Origin: a virus | Taxonomy: Duplodnaviria; Caudoviricetes | Direction: 5' to 3' (one strand) | IMG/VR virus record: IMGVR_UViG_3300013120_000254 | Location: 1-55,119 of that record | DNA: 55,119 nt | Shown: piece by piece, positions 27,569-37,327 of the stretch | Layout of the letters: each line of letters starts with the position of its first letter | Numbering within the stretch: position 1 is the stretch's first letter | Translations under genes and position numbers: made by a program | The notes under the pieces: generated by a model | The model's database searches: none | Told to the model about the DNA's origin: nothing | Seen by the model: the letters and a program-made list of their open reading frames with translations, nothing else

Positions 27569-30500
27569 TCACCATCACCAGAACCCCCAACCCCTTCGAT
27601 CCGGGCTCAAGGATCGTCGAGAGGATCAAGTGGAGGCCGGGCCTGACGGCTGGGGCCGTGGCCGGAGCTGGCTACGGGTATGTCGAGGTCAACGGCGTGG
27701 GCGCCACCCGGCAGCAGCAGCTCCGGGACCACGACTACGTGGCCGCTGTGCGGGTGCCGCACGAGGGATTCAGCTTCGTCAACTTCCTGCTCTACATGGC
27801 CGCCTCCGCGGCGATCTCCTACGGCATCCAGGCTCTGATGCCGGAGCCGGAGGGACCCACGGAGCGGGACTCTGAGAAGTCCCCCACCTACGGCTTCTCG
27901 CGGATGAAGAACGTCCGCGGGGAGAACCAGCCCATCCCGGTCATCTACGGCGAGCACCGCGTCGCGGGCACCATCGTCAACGAATTCGTAGAGGTCAACA
28001 ACGCCACCGGGGAGAGCACCTACTTCGCTCTAGTGGTCGTCAGCGAGGGCCCCATCTATGAGATCGCCGGGCAGCAGAAAGACACCGACCCGGACGACCC
28101 GTTGCGGTCAGAAGACGAGTCCATCCCCAACACGATCTTCTTGAACGGGAACCCGCTGGCCAACTTCCACGGGGTTAGGGCCTGGGTGCGCCTGGGCTCG
28201 CTAGACCAGGAGATGGTTCCTGGGTTCGAGAAAGCCAAGCGGACCTACGACGTCAATGTCTTCCTGACGCAGGAGCTCGGCACCCCCACCAGCCTCAGCA
28301 TCCTGGACTACGAGGCTGGCACTGAGGCGGACGAGCAGCGCTGGGACGACTACGGCTACGCCTGGGACGTGCCCGATACCGGCGTGGACGGGACCGAGAT
28401 CGTCGTCAACTTCCCGCAGGGTCTGTACCGCCTGGACAGCGACGCGGCAGAGCCTACGCTCTGGACGCTGGGCTACCGCTTCTGCAAGCTCGACGGCAAC
28501 GGCAACCCCCTGCTGGGTCCGGGGTACGGTGGCAACCTCGACGATGGCTGGGTGCGCTTTCCGTTCGAGACCTGGACGATGGCGCGGCAAGGAGCCTTCC
28601 AACTCTCCTTCCCCGTCAGCTTCTACGACCCCACGGACTACATCGCCCCTGTTGCCAGCGGCTGCCTGACGACCAACAGCGGCGCCACATGGTCGTCCAA
28701 CGCCTACTGGCGCTCGGGCCTCGTGGATAGCACCAAGCGCCCCGTCGAGTGGTCGGAAGACTCCGTCGCCGAGGAGCTCTCGTTCGAGACCTGGATCAAG
28801 TTCAACGGGGGCACTACTGCCAACACGCCCTTCGAGCCCGGCGAGACCGGCCTCTTGTGCCTCTTCGAGTGGACCAGCGACGGCAACGACAACGGCGTCT
28901 GGTTCGGGTTCCGCATCGGTTACGCCTACGGGAAGAATTGGGGTTGGCGCCCCTACATGAAGGTGGGGAAGTGGAGCCGCTCCCTGGAATGGCCGAAGGT
29001 GGACATCGAGGCGGACGAGTGGATCCACGTCATCTGGAGCCACAAGCGTCTCAGCTCCAGCAAGAACCGCAACGACTTCTTCCTCAACGGCGAGACTAAG
29101 GGCTCCTACATCAAGAACATGGACATCATCACCCCGATGTCCGGCACTGGTGGGGACGCTCGGTTCACGTTCGGCTACAAGAGCACGCTGATCGCGGATG
29201 CCGACTGGTACGTGCGGGCGGACTGGGACGAGACGGTGGTCCTGGCGAGGCCCGTTGGGCAGCAGTACGCCTCTCAGCGCTACAACGGAGGCGTGGGGCA
29301 GCGCTACATCGAGGCCAACAACCCCGACGTGATCGCCGGCTACCACCTGGACGTCGGCTTCGGGGACTTCAGCGCGTACCAGAACACGGCCACAGGCCAC
29401 GGCGCGTACCTGTTCGACACGACCGGCGGCATCATCTCCAAGCTGGTGGACCCTGGGCGTCAGCGTGGCCGCTACCGCCTGCAGGCGATGCGCATCAACT
29501 ACGACAACGACGCCGAGCAGCGGCGCCGGATGGATGATGCGGAATGGCAGCTCGCGGTCACCTGGCTAGAGGAGGCGTTCACATACCCAACCGCCGCCTA
29601 CTACGCGGTGGAAGTCCCGGCCAGCGAGCAGCTCAACACCAGCGCGCCGACGCTCACGGCTGTCTGCAAGGGCCGACTGGTGAAGATCTGGGACGGCGTC
29701 TCGACCGTGGCTCCGACGTTCACCAGGGAGTGGACGAAGAGCACAGCCTGGATCGCCGCGGACATGGCGAGCGACGCGACCTATGGGGGCGGTCGCGCCT
29801 TCCCCGAAGAGAAGATCGACTGGGAGTCTACGGAGGACTTCGCCACCGATTGCGCCAAGAGGGTCTACGACGGCCGGGGGAAGCGGGACTTCTACCGGCA
29901 GTTCTTCGACGAAGACAACAACTACATCGAGTACCCCGAGGCCTTCGATGCGGCTGGGAGCTTTGGGTGGTGGGCCGCCACCAGCTGCACGGTCACGGCG
30001 GACGATGAGACCGCCCCTGACGGCACGGTCACGGCGGACACGCTGCTAGACAACAGCCTCGTGGCGCTGGGTTGGGTGCAGATTGCCGGCGGGAGCCAGC
30101 CCTCCATCGGGCCGGAGGCCAGCTGGTGGTGTACCTCGCTCTTCGTCAAGAAGGACGAGCTCGCCACCACCTGGAGCCCGGCGATCGTGGCGCGCTACGG
30201 CGGCAACTCCGTCGTGGCGATCTGGAACAACGACACGGGCACGCCGGTCCAGAACTGCGAGGTCGAGGACTGGGATGATGACTGGTGGCTGGTCAAGGTG
30301 GCGCCCTACTACTACGTGGGCGGCACTGGCAACCTGATCGTCCAGATCAACCCGTCCTACACGACCTACAGTGGGACCGCTGCGGACGTCGCGGCCCACG
30401 GCTCCATCTCTATCTGGGGCTGCTACTCGCATCGGGGCCGCACGCACCTGACGTACCCGGACGACACGGGGGCCTCGGCCACGCTCTACATGGCCGACAT

Positions 30501-33500
30501 CGCCTCCGATGGCATCACGGCCCAGACGCTGCCTGGGCACTGGGCCACGGGCTATGAGCTCCGCCTGCGCGACTGCGCGGACAGTGACTGGGACACGCCC
30601 ACGACGGCCACGAAGGCCCTGGAGATCACCGAGGTCGAGATCGCGGACAACCGGGACGGCTACCGCCGCACCTGGATCATCCGGTGCAAGTGGTACACGG
30701 ACGAGACCATCGTCGAGCCCTCCTCGGACTTCTTCAACCTGATCTTGGACGGCTTCGAGTGGGACAACCCAGGGTCCAACTGGACGATCACGGGCGGCGG
30801 CACGCTGACGCAGACCTATGACGATGGCACAACGGCCGGCGAAGGGCCACTGGACTCGTCCCCGCTCCAGTCCGACGTCGGATGCTACACGGGAACCATG
30901 CTGGGCAGCTACGCGCAGCAGCCTACGTGCGCCTCTAGCACGACCATCGTGGCACGGGCGCTACTTTCCTGCGACGACCCCGCCACCGTGGTCTATCTGA
31001 ATGGGGACGATGGTTTCGGGCACACCGATCAGGGCCACATCAGCACAGACGCCCTGGCTGGAGGCCTATGGGAGGCTGTAGAGATCGAGCTCACCAACCA
31101 GGGCTCCACGCCGACGTTCTCCGTCCACTACACGACATCCTCGACGGCGGACGCCTGCTACGCGGACGCGATTGGCGCCTGGTACAGCGAGGACGCAAGC
31201 GGCAACGAGCCCGGCGGCACCGTGGAAGGCGCGGAGGCCCTCTTCGAGTACGACGCCGTTCACGACACATTCCAGGACCTGTGGACCACCATCGTCGAGT
31301 GCTGCCTGACGGCTCGCGCTACTCCCGTAGCCGAGGGCGATCGACTGCGGTTCAAGGTCGAGAAGTCGCGCACGCCGGTTGGGATGATCACGGCGGCCTC
31401 CACTATCGTGGATGGAGAGTACACCTTCGTGCCCAGGTGGAGCGATCCCTCGGAGCGCGCCAACAGTTTGACCATTGACTTCTGGGACCGGAATCTCAAC
31501 TGGGAGCGCTCCACGGTCTCTCGGGACCACCCCAGTGTGGAGAGCACATCGGATGCCGGGTTGATCCGCCCGGAGCCCTTCAGTATGCGCGGGGTCACGC
31601 GGCGCTCTCATCTGGTGCGCTACGCGGACTGGCGCCTCGCCATCGCCCACAACTCGATCACCGAATGCGAGTTCAAGGCGACGCCCACGGCGCTGCCCTA
31701 TGAGCCCAATGACGTCATCGTGCTGGCCAACGAGCTGATGCCGTGGGGCCAGAGCGGGCGCCTGATGAAGGATCACTCCTCGGGCAAGAACCTGCTCGAT
31801 GGGCCGCAGGAGTTCAGCGACACGGACTTCTGGTCGTACGGAGCCGGCCTCTCCGTGGCCGAGAACGTCGTCGGCACGCCCGAGGGCGACCCCAAGGGCG
31901 ACAAGATCACCCAGTCCAGCAGCTCGCAAGAGACCGTGGCGCAGCGCGTCTACGGGATCACAAACGGGATCTCGTATTGCTTCTCCATGAGAGTGCGGAA
32001 GGGCAACGGGAACAGGTGCGCCCTCTTGGTCGCGCAGGCCGGCGCCAGTGGGCAGACATGCCTCGCCGAGTACACCTACTCGACCGATACGTTCGCTGGG
32101 GTGGGGCTTCCCGGCGGGATCCAGCTGACCAAGGTCAACGAGGCCAACAGCTGGGTGCGCCTCGGGGTGGAGATCCAGTCGCAGGGGACGCAGTCCATCA
32201 CATGCACGTTCATCCCCGAGCGCAACGCTTCCTACATGGACGGCTGCTACGTCTACGTGGGCGACGCGCAGCTTGAGGCCGACACAGACGCTCCCACGGA
32301 GTTTGAGACAGCCGACGAGGGGCTCGTGATTGACCGCACGGTCGTTTTGGACGCGGGCGGGACTTACCTGGCGCGCATCACGTCCACCGAGACTGGGGCC
32401 AGCGAGACCGCCGATGTTCACGCCTGGCCGAAGACCTACTACCGGGGCGACGTCATCGACATCGACGAGTCCCAACTGACCTTCTATCCGCGGCAGGGGG
32501 ACGAGTACTCGATCTACACCGCGGACCAGCTCTTCGAGGGCGTGGTCACTCAGATCGGGCTGAACGAGGATCTCTCGCTGGACGTGCGGGTTGCGCAGTA
32601 CGTGGACTCGGCCTTCGACGCGGACGATCTCGACGACGACCTGGAGGTCTACGGGCAGAGCGACGGCGGGACCACGCCGCCCAGTCCTGACAGCGACGAC
32701 GACGGGCTGATCCCGAACGACCCGGACTCCATTGTGGTGGTGGAGGGCGCGGAGGAGGCGTCTGCCAACGCTCAGCGGCAGAACCTCCGCGTCACATGGG
32801 AGCACGACGCCGACACGCTCTACCTCGTGGAGCGCACGGATGTCTACATCGGCCTGGCGAGCAGCGAGACGGATATCGTGGGCGAGTTCCAGCACGTTGC
32901 CACGGCCCCGGGCTCTGCGCAGACCGTGCAGTTCACGGTGCCTTACGAGATCCTGGGCAGGCGGATCCGCGTGGCGGTGCAGCCGGTGAGCCGGCGTGGA
33001 GCTCGCAAGGCCGCGCGGCAGTGCGCGGCTCACTTCCATGAGATGTCGAAGTACCCGGCTCAGCCGGATGCCCCTACGGACTTCAACGCCCACATGGAGG
33101 GCGACCGGATCACGTTCACCTGGACGCCCCCCGGCAACGCTGCTGGTCTCGTGTACGAGGTCCGAATCGGCGGCGCCTCGCCGGAAGGCGGATGGGTTCT
33201 GGCTCAGGTCATAGGGGAAACCCGCGAGACCTCGCTGGGCCCCACGGAAGGATGGGCGAACGCCCGGCAGACCAACACGACTTACTACCTGCGGGCCAAG
33301 AACCAGCGGGGCGTCTACAGCGACGCCGTCACGCTGGCTTACGGCGCCCGCGTCCTGAACGCCACCATCCTCACGAGCAGCAACTACTGGTACGCCTACG
33401 CATCCGAGCACTGGCACGACTACGGTGACGGGTGGGTTACAGATACGTCACCACCCAGTTATGACCCGGCGCTCAGCAACCTGCAGCGCCACGCTGACGG

Positions 33501-34059
33501 CTATCTGGAGTTCCAGACCGGAGAGACAAGGGGTACGTACACGACCGCGGGGATCACCGGGGCCCCGGGGCACTTCAAGCGCGAGGAGCCCCTGCGCATT
33601 GAGGCGGTTCTGATTGCGACTTGTCACAATCCCACCCTTGTGGGCGAAGGAAGGATCAACGACGACGGTTCGACCAAGTGGGACTCCACCGACGCGCCTG
33701 ACCGCATGGACTGGCCATTCCAGGGCAACGTGACGCTGGAGGGCCTACTCCAGGGCGATCTGCCCGGCGTCACGATCCAGATGAAGCTCATCCGCGAAGT
33801 TGAGCCCAGCGCGCCTGGCGGCGCCAAGGTGGCCATCTCTACCGACACGGATGCCCAGGGGGCGGATGGCTGGCTTGACTACCGGCCGGGGCTGTACGCC
33901 TGCCAGTCGGCCCAGTTCCGCTTGGTGGTGACGCGCCCCGGCACGGAATGGACGGTCCGCATCCACGAGTTCTCCACGGCCACCGTTCGCTTGCCGGAAC
34001 AGAGGCACTACCGTACCCCGCAAGAGCGCGAAGACGCGCAGGATCTCGAACTTGGCTAG
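27565..34059 (+). CDS. central tail tip / host-specificity protein (gpI-gpJ-like fusion) with lectin-like insertions and Fn3-like domains
   Basis: 2164 aa; PIPVIYGEHRVAG, RLGSLDQ, FPQGLY, YPTAAY, CKGRLV, YEPNDVI, FTWTPP. Confidence 0.88.
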   Translation: MITITRTPNPFDPGSRIVERIKWRPGLTAGAVAGAGYGYVEVNGVGATRQQQLRDHDYVAAVRVPHEGFSFVNFLLYMAASAAISYGIQALMPEPEGPTERDSEKSPTYGFSRMKNVRGENQPIPVIYGEHRVAGTIVNEFVEVNNATGESTYFALVVVSEGPIYEIAGQQKDTDPDDPLRSEDESIPNTIFLNGNPLANFHGVRAWVRLGSLDQEMVPGFEKAKRTYDVNVFLTQELGTPTSLSILDYEAGTEADEQRWDDYGYAWDVPDTGVDGTEIVVNFPQGLYRLDSDAAEPTLWTLGYRFCKLDGNGNPLLGPGYGGNLDDGWVRFPFETWTMARQGAFQLSFPVSFYDPTDYIAPVASGCLTTNSGATWSSNAYWRSGLVDSTKRPVEWSEDSVAEELSFETWIKFNGGTTANTPFEPGETGLLCLFEWTSDGNDNGVWFGFRIGYAYGKNWGWRPYMKVGKWSRSLEWPKVDIEADEWIHVIWSHKRLSSSKNRNDFFLNGETKGSYIKNMDIITPMSGTGGDARFTFGYKSTLIADADWYVRADWDETVVLARPVGQQYASQRYNGGVGQRYIEANNPDVIAGYHLDVGFGDFSAYQNTATGHGAYLFDTTGGIISKLVDPGRQRGRYRLQAMRINYDNDAEQRRRMDDAEWQLAVTWLEEAFTYPTAAYYAVEVPASEQLNTSAPTLTAVCKGRLVKIWDGVSTVAPTFTREWTKSTAWIAADMASDATYGGGRAFPEEKIDWESTEDFATDCAKRVYDGRGKRDFYRQFFDEDNNYIEYPEAFDAAGSFGWWAATSCTVTADDETAPDGTVTADTLLDNSLVALGWVQIAGGSQPSIGPEASWWCTSLFVKKDELATTWSPAIVARYGGNSVVAIWNNDTGTPVQNCEVEDWDDDWWLVKVAPYYYVGGTGNLIVQINPSYTTYSGTAADVAAHGSISIWGCYSHRGRTHLTYPDDTGASATLYMADIASDGITAQTLPGHWATGYELRLRDCADSDWDTPTTATKALEITEVEIADNRDGYRRTWIIRCKWYTDETIVEPSSDFFNLILDGFEWDNPGSNWTITGGGTLTQTYDDGTTAGEGPLDSSPLQSDVGCYTGTMLGSYAQQPTCASSTTIVARALLSCDDPATVVYLNGDDGFGHTDQGHISTDALAGGLWEAVEIELTNQGSTPTFSVHYTTSSTADACYADAIGAWYSEDASGNEPGGTVEGAEALFEYDAVHDTFQDLWTTIVECCLTARATPVAEGDRLRFKVEKSRTPVGMITAASTIVDGEYTFVPRWSDPSERANSLTIDFWDRNLNWERSTVSRDHPSVESTSDAGLIRPEPFSMRGVTRRSHLVRYADWRLAIAHNSITECEFKATPTALPYEPNDVIVLANELMPWGQSGRLMKDHSSGKNLLDGPQEFSDTDFWSYGAGLSVAENVVGTPEGDPKGDKITQSSSSQETVAQRVYGITNGISYCFSMRVRKGNGNRCALLVAQAGASGQTCLAEYTYSTDTFAGVGLPGGIQLTKVNEANSWVRLGVEIQSQGTQSITCTFIPERNASYMDGCYVYVGDAQLEADTDAPTEFETADEGLVIDRTVVLDAGGTYLARITSTETGASETADVHAWPKTYYRGDVIDIDESQLTFYPRQGDEYSIYTADQLFEGVVTQIGLNEDLSLDVRVAQYVDSAFDADDLDDDLEVYGQSDGGTTPPSPDSDDDGLIPNDPDSIVVVEGAEEASANAQRQNLRVTWEHDADTLYLVERTDVYIGLASSETDIVGEFQHVATAPGSAQTVQFTVPYEILGRRIRVAVQPVSRRGARKAARQCAAHFHEMSKYPAQPDAPTDFNAHMEGDRITFTWTPPGNAAGLVYEVRIGGASPEGGWVLAQVIGETRETSLGPTEGWANARQTNTTYYLRAKNQRGVYSDAVTLAYGARVLNATILTSSNYWYAYASEHWHDYGDGWVTDTSPPSYDPALSNLQRHADGYLEFQTGETRGTYTTAGITGAPGHFKREEPLRIEAVLIATCHNPTLVGEGRINDDGSTKWDSTDAPDRMDWPFQGNVTLEGLLQGDLPGVTIQMKLIREVEPSAPGGAKVAISTDTDAQGADGWLDYRPGLYACQSAQFRLVVTRPGTEWTVRIHEFSTATVRLPEQRHYRTPQEREDAQDLELG

Positions 34060-34411
34060 TGGCAGCATCACTCCTGGCTTCCTGTCGGCCAGCACCAACG
34101 GGCGACAGATCAAGGTGGCGGCGACGGCGACGGCCGGGACGCTGCTCCACACGGCCGTTTCTGGCACTGACGACATCGACTACATCACGCTGGAGGCGTG
34201 CAACACCCACACCTCCACGGTGACGCTGACGATCGAGTGGGGCGGGACTACCAGCCCCGACGACCTGGTCGTCATCGAGCTGGGGTCCAACCGAGGCCGC
34301 CAGCTGATCGTTGACCGCGGCGTGTTGAACAACGGCCTGGCTGTGCGCGCGTTCGCAGACACGGCGGACGTGGTCGTTATCCACGGCCTGGTGAGGACGG
34401 TGACCCTGTGA
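34052..34411 (+). CDS. putative virion protein
   Basis: 119 aa beta-rich, GTLLHTA...VVIHGLVRTV; coupled to tail tip gene. Confidence 0.7.
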   Translation: MASGSITPGFLSASTNGRQIKVAATATAGTLLHTAVSGTDDIDYITLEACNTHTSTVTLTIEWGGTTSPDDLVVIELGSNRGRQLIVDRGVLNNGLAVRAFADTADVVVIHGLVRTVTL

Positions 34412-34881
34412 GGGAGCGGGTCCCGCAAGACCTCGCGGTGTTCTTGGATGCCGACTGTGGCGCCGGAACGACGACGATCTCGGGGGTTACCACCGCCCCG
34501 GTGGGCTCCGCCGTCGAGATATCTGACACCAATCACTTCACCCTCACGGCGACTACGATCGCGCCGACCCAGAGCGGCATGTACCTGGTCATCGCCTCGA
34601 TGACCACCGATGCGACCTCCACGACCCGAACAGCCACCCGCTGTTGGATGCAGGTAGACACCACCGGCACGGGCTCGTCCTACGCCACCCTCGCGCAGAC
34701 GGTGCGGTGGATGTACTGCAGGACCACGGCGACTGGCGAGGACAGCGCGACGATGCACGTCATCATGCATCTGCCCGCTGGCTCGCTCCTCCGAATGCAG
34801 ACGTCCATCGTGGCCGGCAGCACGGCTCAGATAAAGGACGACGCCTGCTCTTGGACCCTGGTTCGCTTGGCGGCTTCATAG
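34408..34881 (+). CDS. putative virion protein, C1q/TNF-like jelly-roll
   Basis: Thr-rich; FTL...TIAPTQSGMYLVIAS pattern. Confidence 0.55.
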   Translation: MRERVPQDLAVFLDADCGAGTTTISGVTTAPVGSAVEISDTNHFTLTATTIAPTQSGMYLVIASMTTDATSTTRTATRCWMQVDTTGTGSSYATLAQTVRWMYCRTTATGEDSATMHVIMHLPAGSLLRMQTSIVAGSTAQIKDDACSWTLVRLAAS

Positions 34882-34890
34882 GAGACCATC

Positions 34891-35292
34891 ATGGCCACCG
34901 ACCCGATCACAGACATCACGAGTGCGGACAGCTACGGCGCAGCCATGATGGACAAGGTGCTGCCCAGCTTCACGAAGCGCCACTGGTGGCACATTCGCGA
35001 GATCAGCGCCGACATCACGCTGGCGGACACCGACGAGTTCATCTCGGCGGACGCTTCTGGCTCTGGCGGTGACGTCACGATCTCCCTGCCCGACGCCGAC
35101 ACCGTCGCCGGCCAGTCGGTGATCATCTACTGCAGCGCCGTCGTGTCAGGGCAATCCGTTGTCGTGCAGCCGGAATCCTCGGGCTACACAGTCGGCGGGG
35201 CCGCCTCACAATCCATCACCACCGCTGACGAGTTCATTCACATCATCAGCGATGGTGCTGACAACTGGATCCTCTACATAGACGGAAGGTGA
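34891..35292 (+). CDS. putative virion/fibre protein
   Basis: GGAG RBS; DASGSGGDVTISLPDA...IISDGADNW fibre-type motif. Confidence 0.65.
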   Translation: MATDPITDITSADSYGAAMMDKVLPSFTKRHWWHIREISADITLADTDEFISADASGSGGDVTISLPDADTVAGQSVIIYCSAVVSGQSVVVQPESSGYTVGGAASQSITTADEFIHIISDGADNWILYIDGR

Positions 35293-35301
35293 GAGACGGC
35301 T

Positions 35302-35634
35302 ATGGGTGAACTGTGGACGAAGGCCGTAGAGCAGCTGCCTGCTTTGACTCTGTTCTCGGCGGTGATGGTGTGGCTGGTCACGAAGTTCTTGTCGCATCTG
35401 AGCGTTCGGGACCAGCGAGAGGAGGCGCGCGATCACCAGTTCGCGGAAGACCGCAAGGCTAGTGAGGAGCGATTCACGGCCGCGGTGAAAGAGATCGGAG
35501 ACGGCTGCCACAGGCACCAGGAAGACACATCGGCTCGCGTGCGCGATGCGCTGAAGGACAACTCCATCGCGCTCAAGGAGACCGCAAGCGCACTCGGAAG
35601 GGCCGCCCAGGCTCTCGACGCGCGTCGGGAGTAG
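35302..35634 (+). CDS. membrane protein, holin/antiholin-like
   Basis: N-terminal TM (LPALTLFSAVMVWLVTKFL) plus coiled coil; after tail genes. Confidence 0.55.
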   Translation: MGELWTKAVEQLPALTLFSAVMVWLVTKFLSHLSVRDQREEARDHQFAEDRKASEERFTAAVKEIGDGCHRHQEDTSARVRDALKDNSIALKETASALGRAAQALDARRE

Positions 35635-35664
35635 CGCCCCCACAACCCCAACCCACCCCAACCC

Positions 35665-35895
35665 ATGTCTGAACAAGACCCTCTGGCCGAAGAGCCGGAA
35701 CCCAACGGCACCCCCAGGTGGCAGGAGCGTGAGTTCCTGATCCTGGTTGTGGCTGCCGCCCTCTACTGCGTCCTGCACCTGCGCGGCGACGCTTCCCCCG
35801 AGTCTCTGGAGTTCGTCGAGCAACTCCTCCTGGTCGCCGCGGGCGCCTTCGGCGTGTCCCGTGGGCTGGCCAAGCACGGGAAGGGAGGTGCGTGA
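35665..35895 (+). CDS. two-TM holin-like protein
   Basis: FLILVVAAALYCVL and LLLVAAGAFGVSRGLAK. Confidence 0.55.
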   Translation: MSEQDPLAEEPEPNGTPRWQEREFLILVVAAALYCVLHLRGDASPESLEFVEQLLLVAAGAFGVSRGLAKHGKGGA

Positions 35896-36392
35896 TGCGG
35901 CTCCTCTTCTCTGCCCTGCTGCTCGTCCCCCTCTGCTCCTGCGCCAACCTGGGCGAGCGCCTGACGGTGCTGGAGGACACGCTCGACGGCGCCCTGGTGG
36001 CGATCGACAACCGCGTGGATGAGGCCAACCAGGAGTATTGGGATCGCATCGGCGAGCTCCAGGCCCAGCTCGATGCCGGCGAGATCGACTTCGAGGCCTA
36101 CCGCGACTCCGCCGCATCTGCGGACAGATATCGGGCCAAGGCCATCGAGGACAAGGTGCGTGCGGTCAAGGACGAGGTTATCGCGACCACCGAGGAGGAG
36201 ATCGAGACCTTCAAGAAGGACTGGGAGAAGTCCAAGGCGAGAGGCGCGCAGGCGGTGACGACCGGAGTCAAGGTCGCCACCGGGATGCTCGGCCTCGGCC
36301 CCTGGGGCGACATCGCCGCGAGCCTTCTCCTTGGCGGCGCGGGCGGCGCGGCTGCTGCGAACCGCCGCCGGAGAAACTCCGAACGCGCCTGA
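35892..36392 (+). CDS. lipoprotein, possible unimolecular spanin
   Basis: MMRLLFSALLLVPLCSC lipobox, helical middle, C-terminal hydrophobic Gly-rich segment followed by RRRR. Confidence 0.55.
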   Translation: MMRLLFSALLLVPLCSCANLGERLTVLEDTLDGALVAIDNRVDEANQEYWDRIGELQAQLDAGEIDFEAYRDSAASADRYRAKAIEDKVRAVKDEVIATTEEEIETFKKDWEKSKARGAQAVTTGVKVATGMLGLGPWGDIAASLLLGGAGGAAAANRRRRNSERA

Positions 36393-36397
36393 GAACG

Positions 36398-36458
36398 GCC
36401 CCGCCCCTAGATCGGCATCCCGGGTTGGGGGTGTGCCTTCCTGTTCCGGGGGCGGGGC
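36398..36458. terminator. long hairpin between convergent genes
   Basis: GCCCCGCCCC...GGGGCGGGGC outer stem with inner GGCATCCC/GGGTGTGCC stem. Confidence 0.5.
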
Positions 36459-36461
36459 TCC

Positions 36462-36998
36462 TTACTCGAACGGCAGCACCTCCTGCGCCAGCCGCTTGGC
36501 GGCGATCTCGCAGTACCGCTCCTCTATCTCGATGCCGATGGCCTTGCGGCCCAGATCCTTCGCAGCGCGCAGCGTGGTGCCGGAGCCCATGAAGGGGTCG
36601 AGGATCAACCCGCCATCATTCGTTGTGGCTGCGATGCAACGGCGCGGCAACGCCTGCGGAAGCGCACCGTCACGCCAGCGGCATTTGTGGTTATAGAAGA
36701 AGCTCGCGCCCGGGCGGCACGCGGCGGCAAGAGACGCCCCAACGTCCATCTGCCACGATTGGTACGCGGCCTCATCCATGTCGTCTGCGTAGCCGCTGTT
36801 TACAGCCTCCACGAACCCCGCCCCTCCGCCCCGCTTCGCCCAGAGCCCTGATGCCTTCTCCAGTGGCGGGATGCGACTACCCAACTGATTGTACGGGGGG
36901 CTTGTCACCACGCAATCCACATGCGCTAGATTCGGCAGCACATTCTGACAGTCCCCACAGTAGATGGTGATGCCACCGCTGTCGTAGTAGGGCTTCAC
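36462..36998 (-). CDS. beta-class N4-C/N6-A DNA methyltransferase, apparently internally deleted
   Basis: IYCGDC, VVTSPPY, LDPFMGSGTT, AIGIEIEERYCEIA; target-recognition region very short. Confidence 0.8.
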   Translation of the reverse strand: MKPYYDSGGITIYCGDCQNVLPNLAHVDCVVTSPPYNQLGSRIPPLEKASGLWAKRGGGAGFVEAVNSGYADDMDEAAYQSWQMDVGASLAAACRPGASFFYNHKCRWRDGALPQALPRRCIAATTNDGGLILDPFMGSGTTLRAAKDLGRKAIGIEIEERYCEIAAKRLAQEVLPFE

Positions 36999-37327
36999 GC
37001 TCCCCTTTCGAGTTCGGCAACGCGCGCAAGGGCCTGGTCACGCTCCGCTTCTAGCTTCTCTTCCACCCCCGCAACGCAGGCGGGGCACTCCCATAGCTTC
37101 AGCGGTAGCGTCTCGTGGCCCGAATTGCAGCGGTTGAGTTCTAGGCGGGCGAGAGCTTCGTCGCGCTGCGCCACGGCCTTGTCCATGAGGGCGTAGGCGT
37201 CGTCGAGCCTCGCAAGGGCTTGATCGCGCTGGTGCAAGGCTTCGTCTCGCTCATCTTCGACCTTCTTGAGCGCCGCGAGCCATTCATGGGCGTCTTGCAA
37301 GGCGCCTTCGCTTTCGTAATCAGCCAT
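36995..37327 (-). CDS. hypothetical coiled-coil protein with C-x2-x-H...CPAC motif
   Basis: repeated RD(E/Q)ALAR; CNSGH...WECPAC. Confidence 0.65.
   Translation of the reverse strand: MADYESEGALQDAHEWLAALKKVEDERDEALHQRDQALARLDDAYALMDKAVAQRDEALARLELNRCNSGHETLPLKLWECPACVAGVEEKLEAERDQALARVAELERGA

Noticed and set aside
22240-35292. Diversity-generating retroelement or shufflon acting on tail genes
   Set aside because: No reverse transcriptase, no template/variable repeat pair and no inverted cassettes seen
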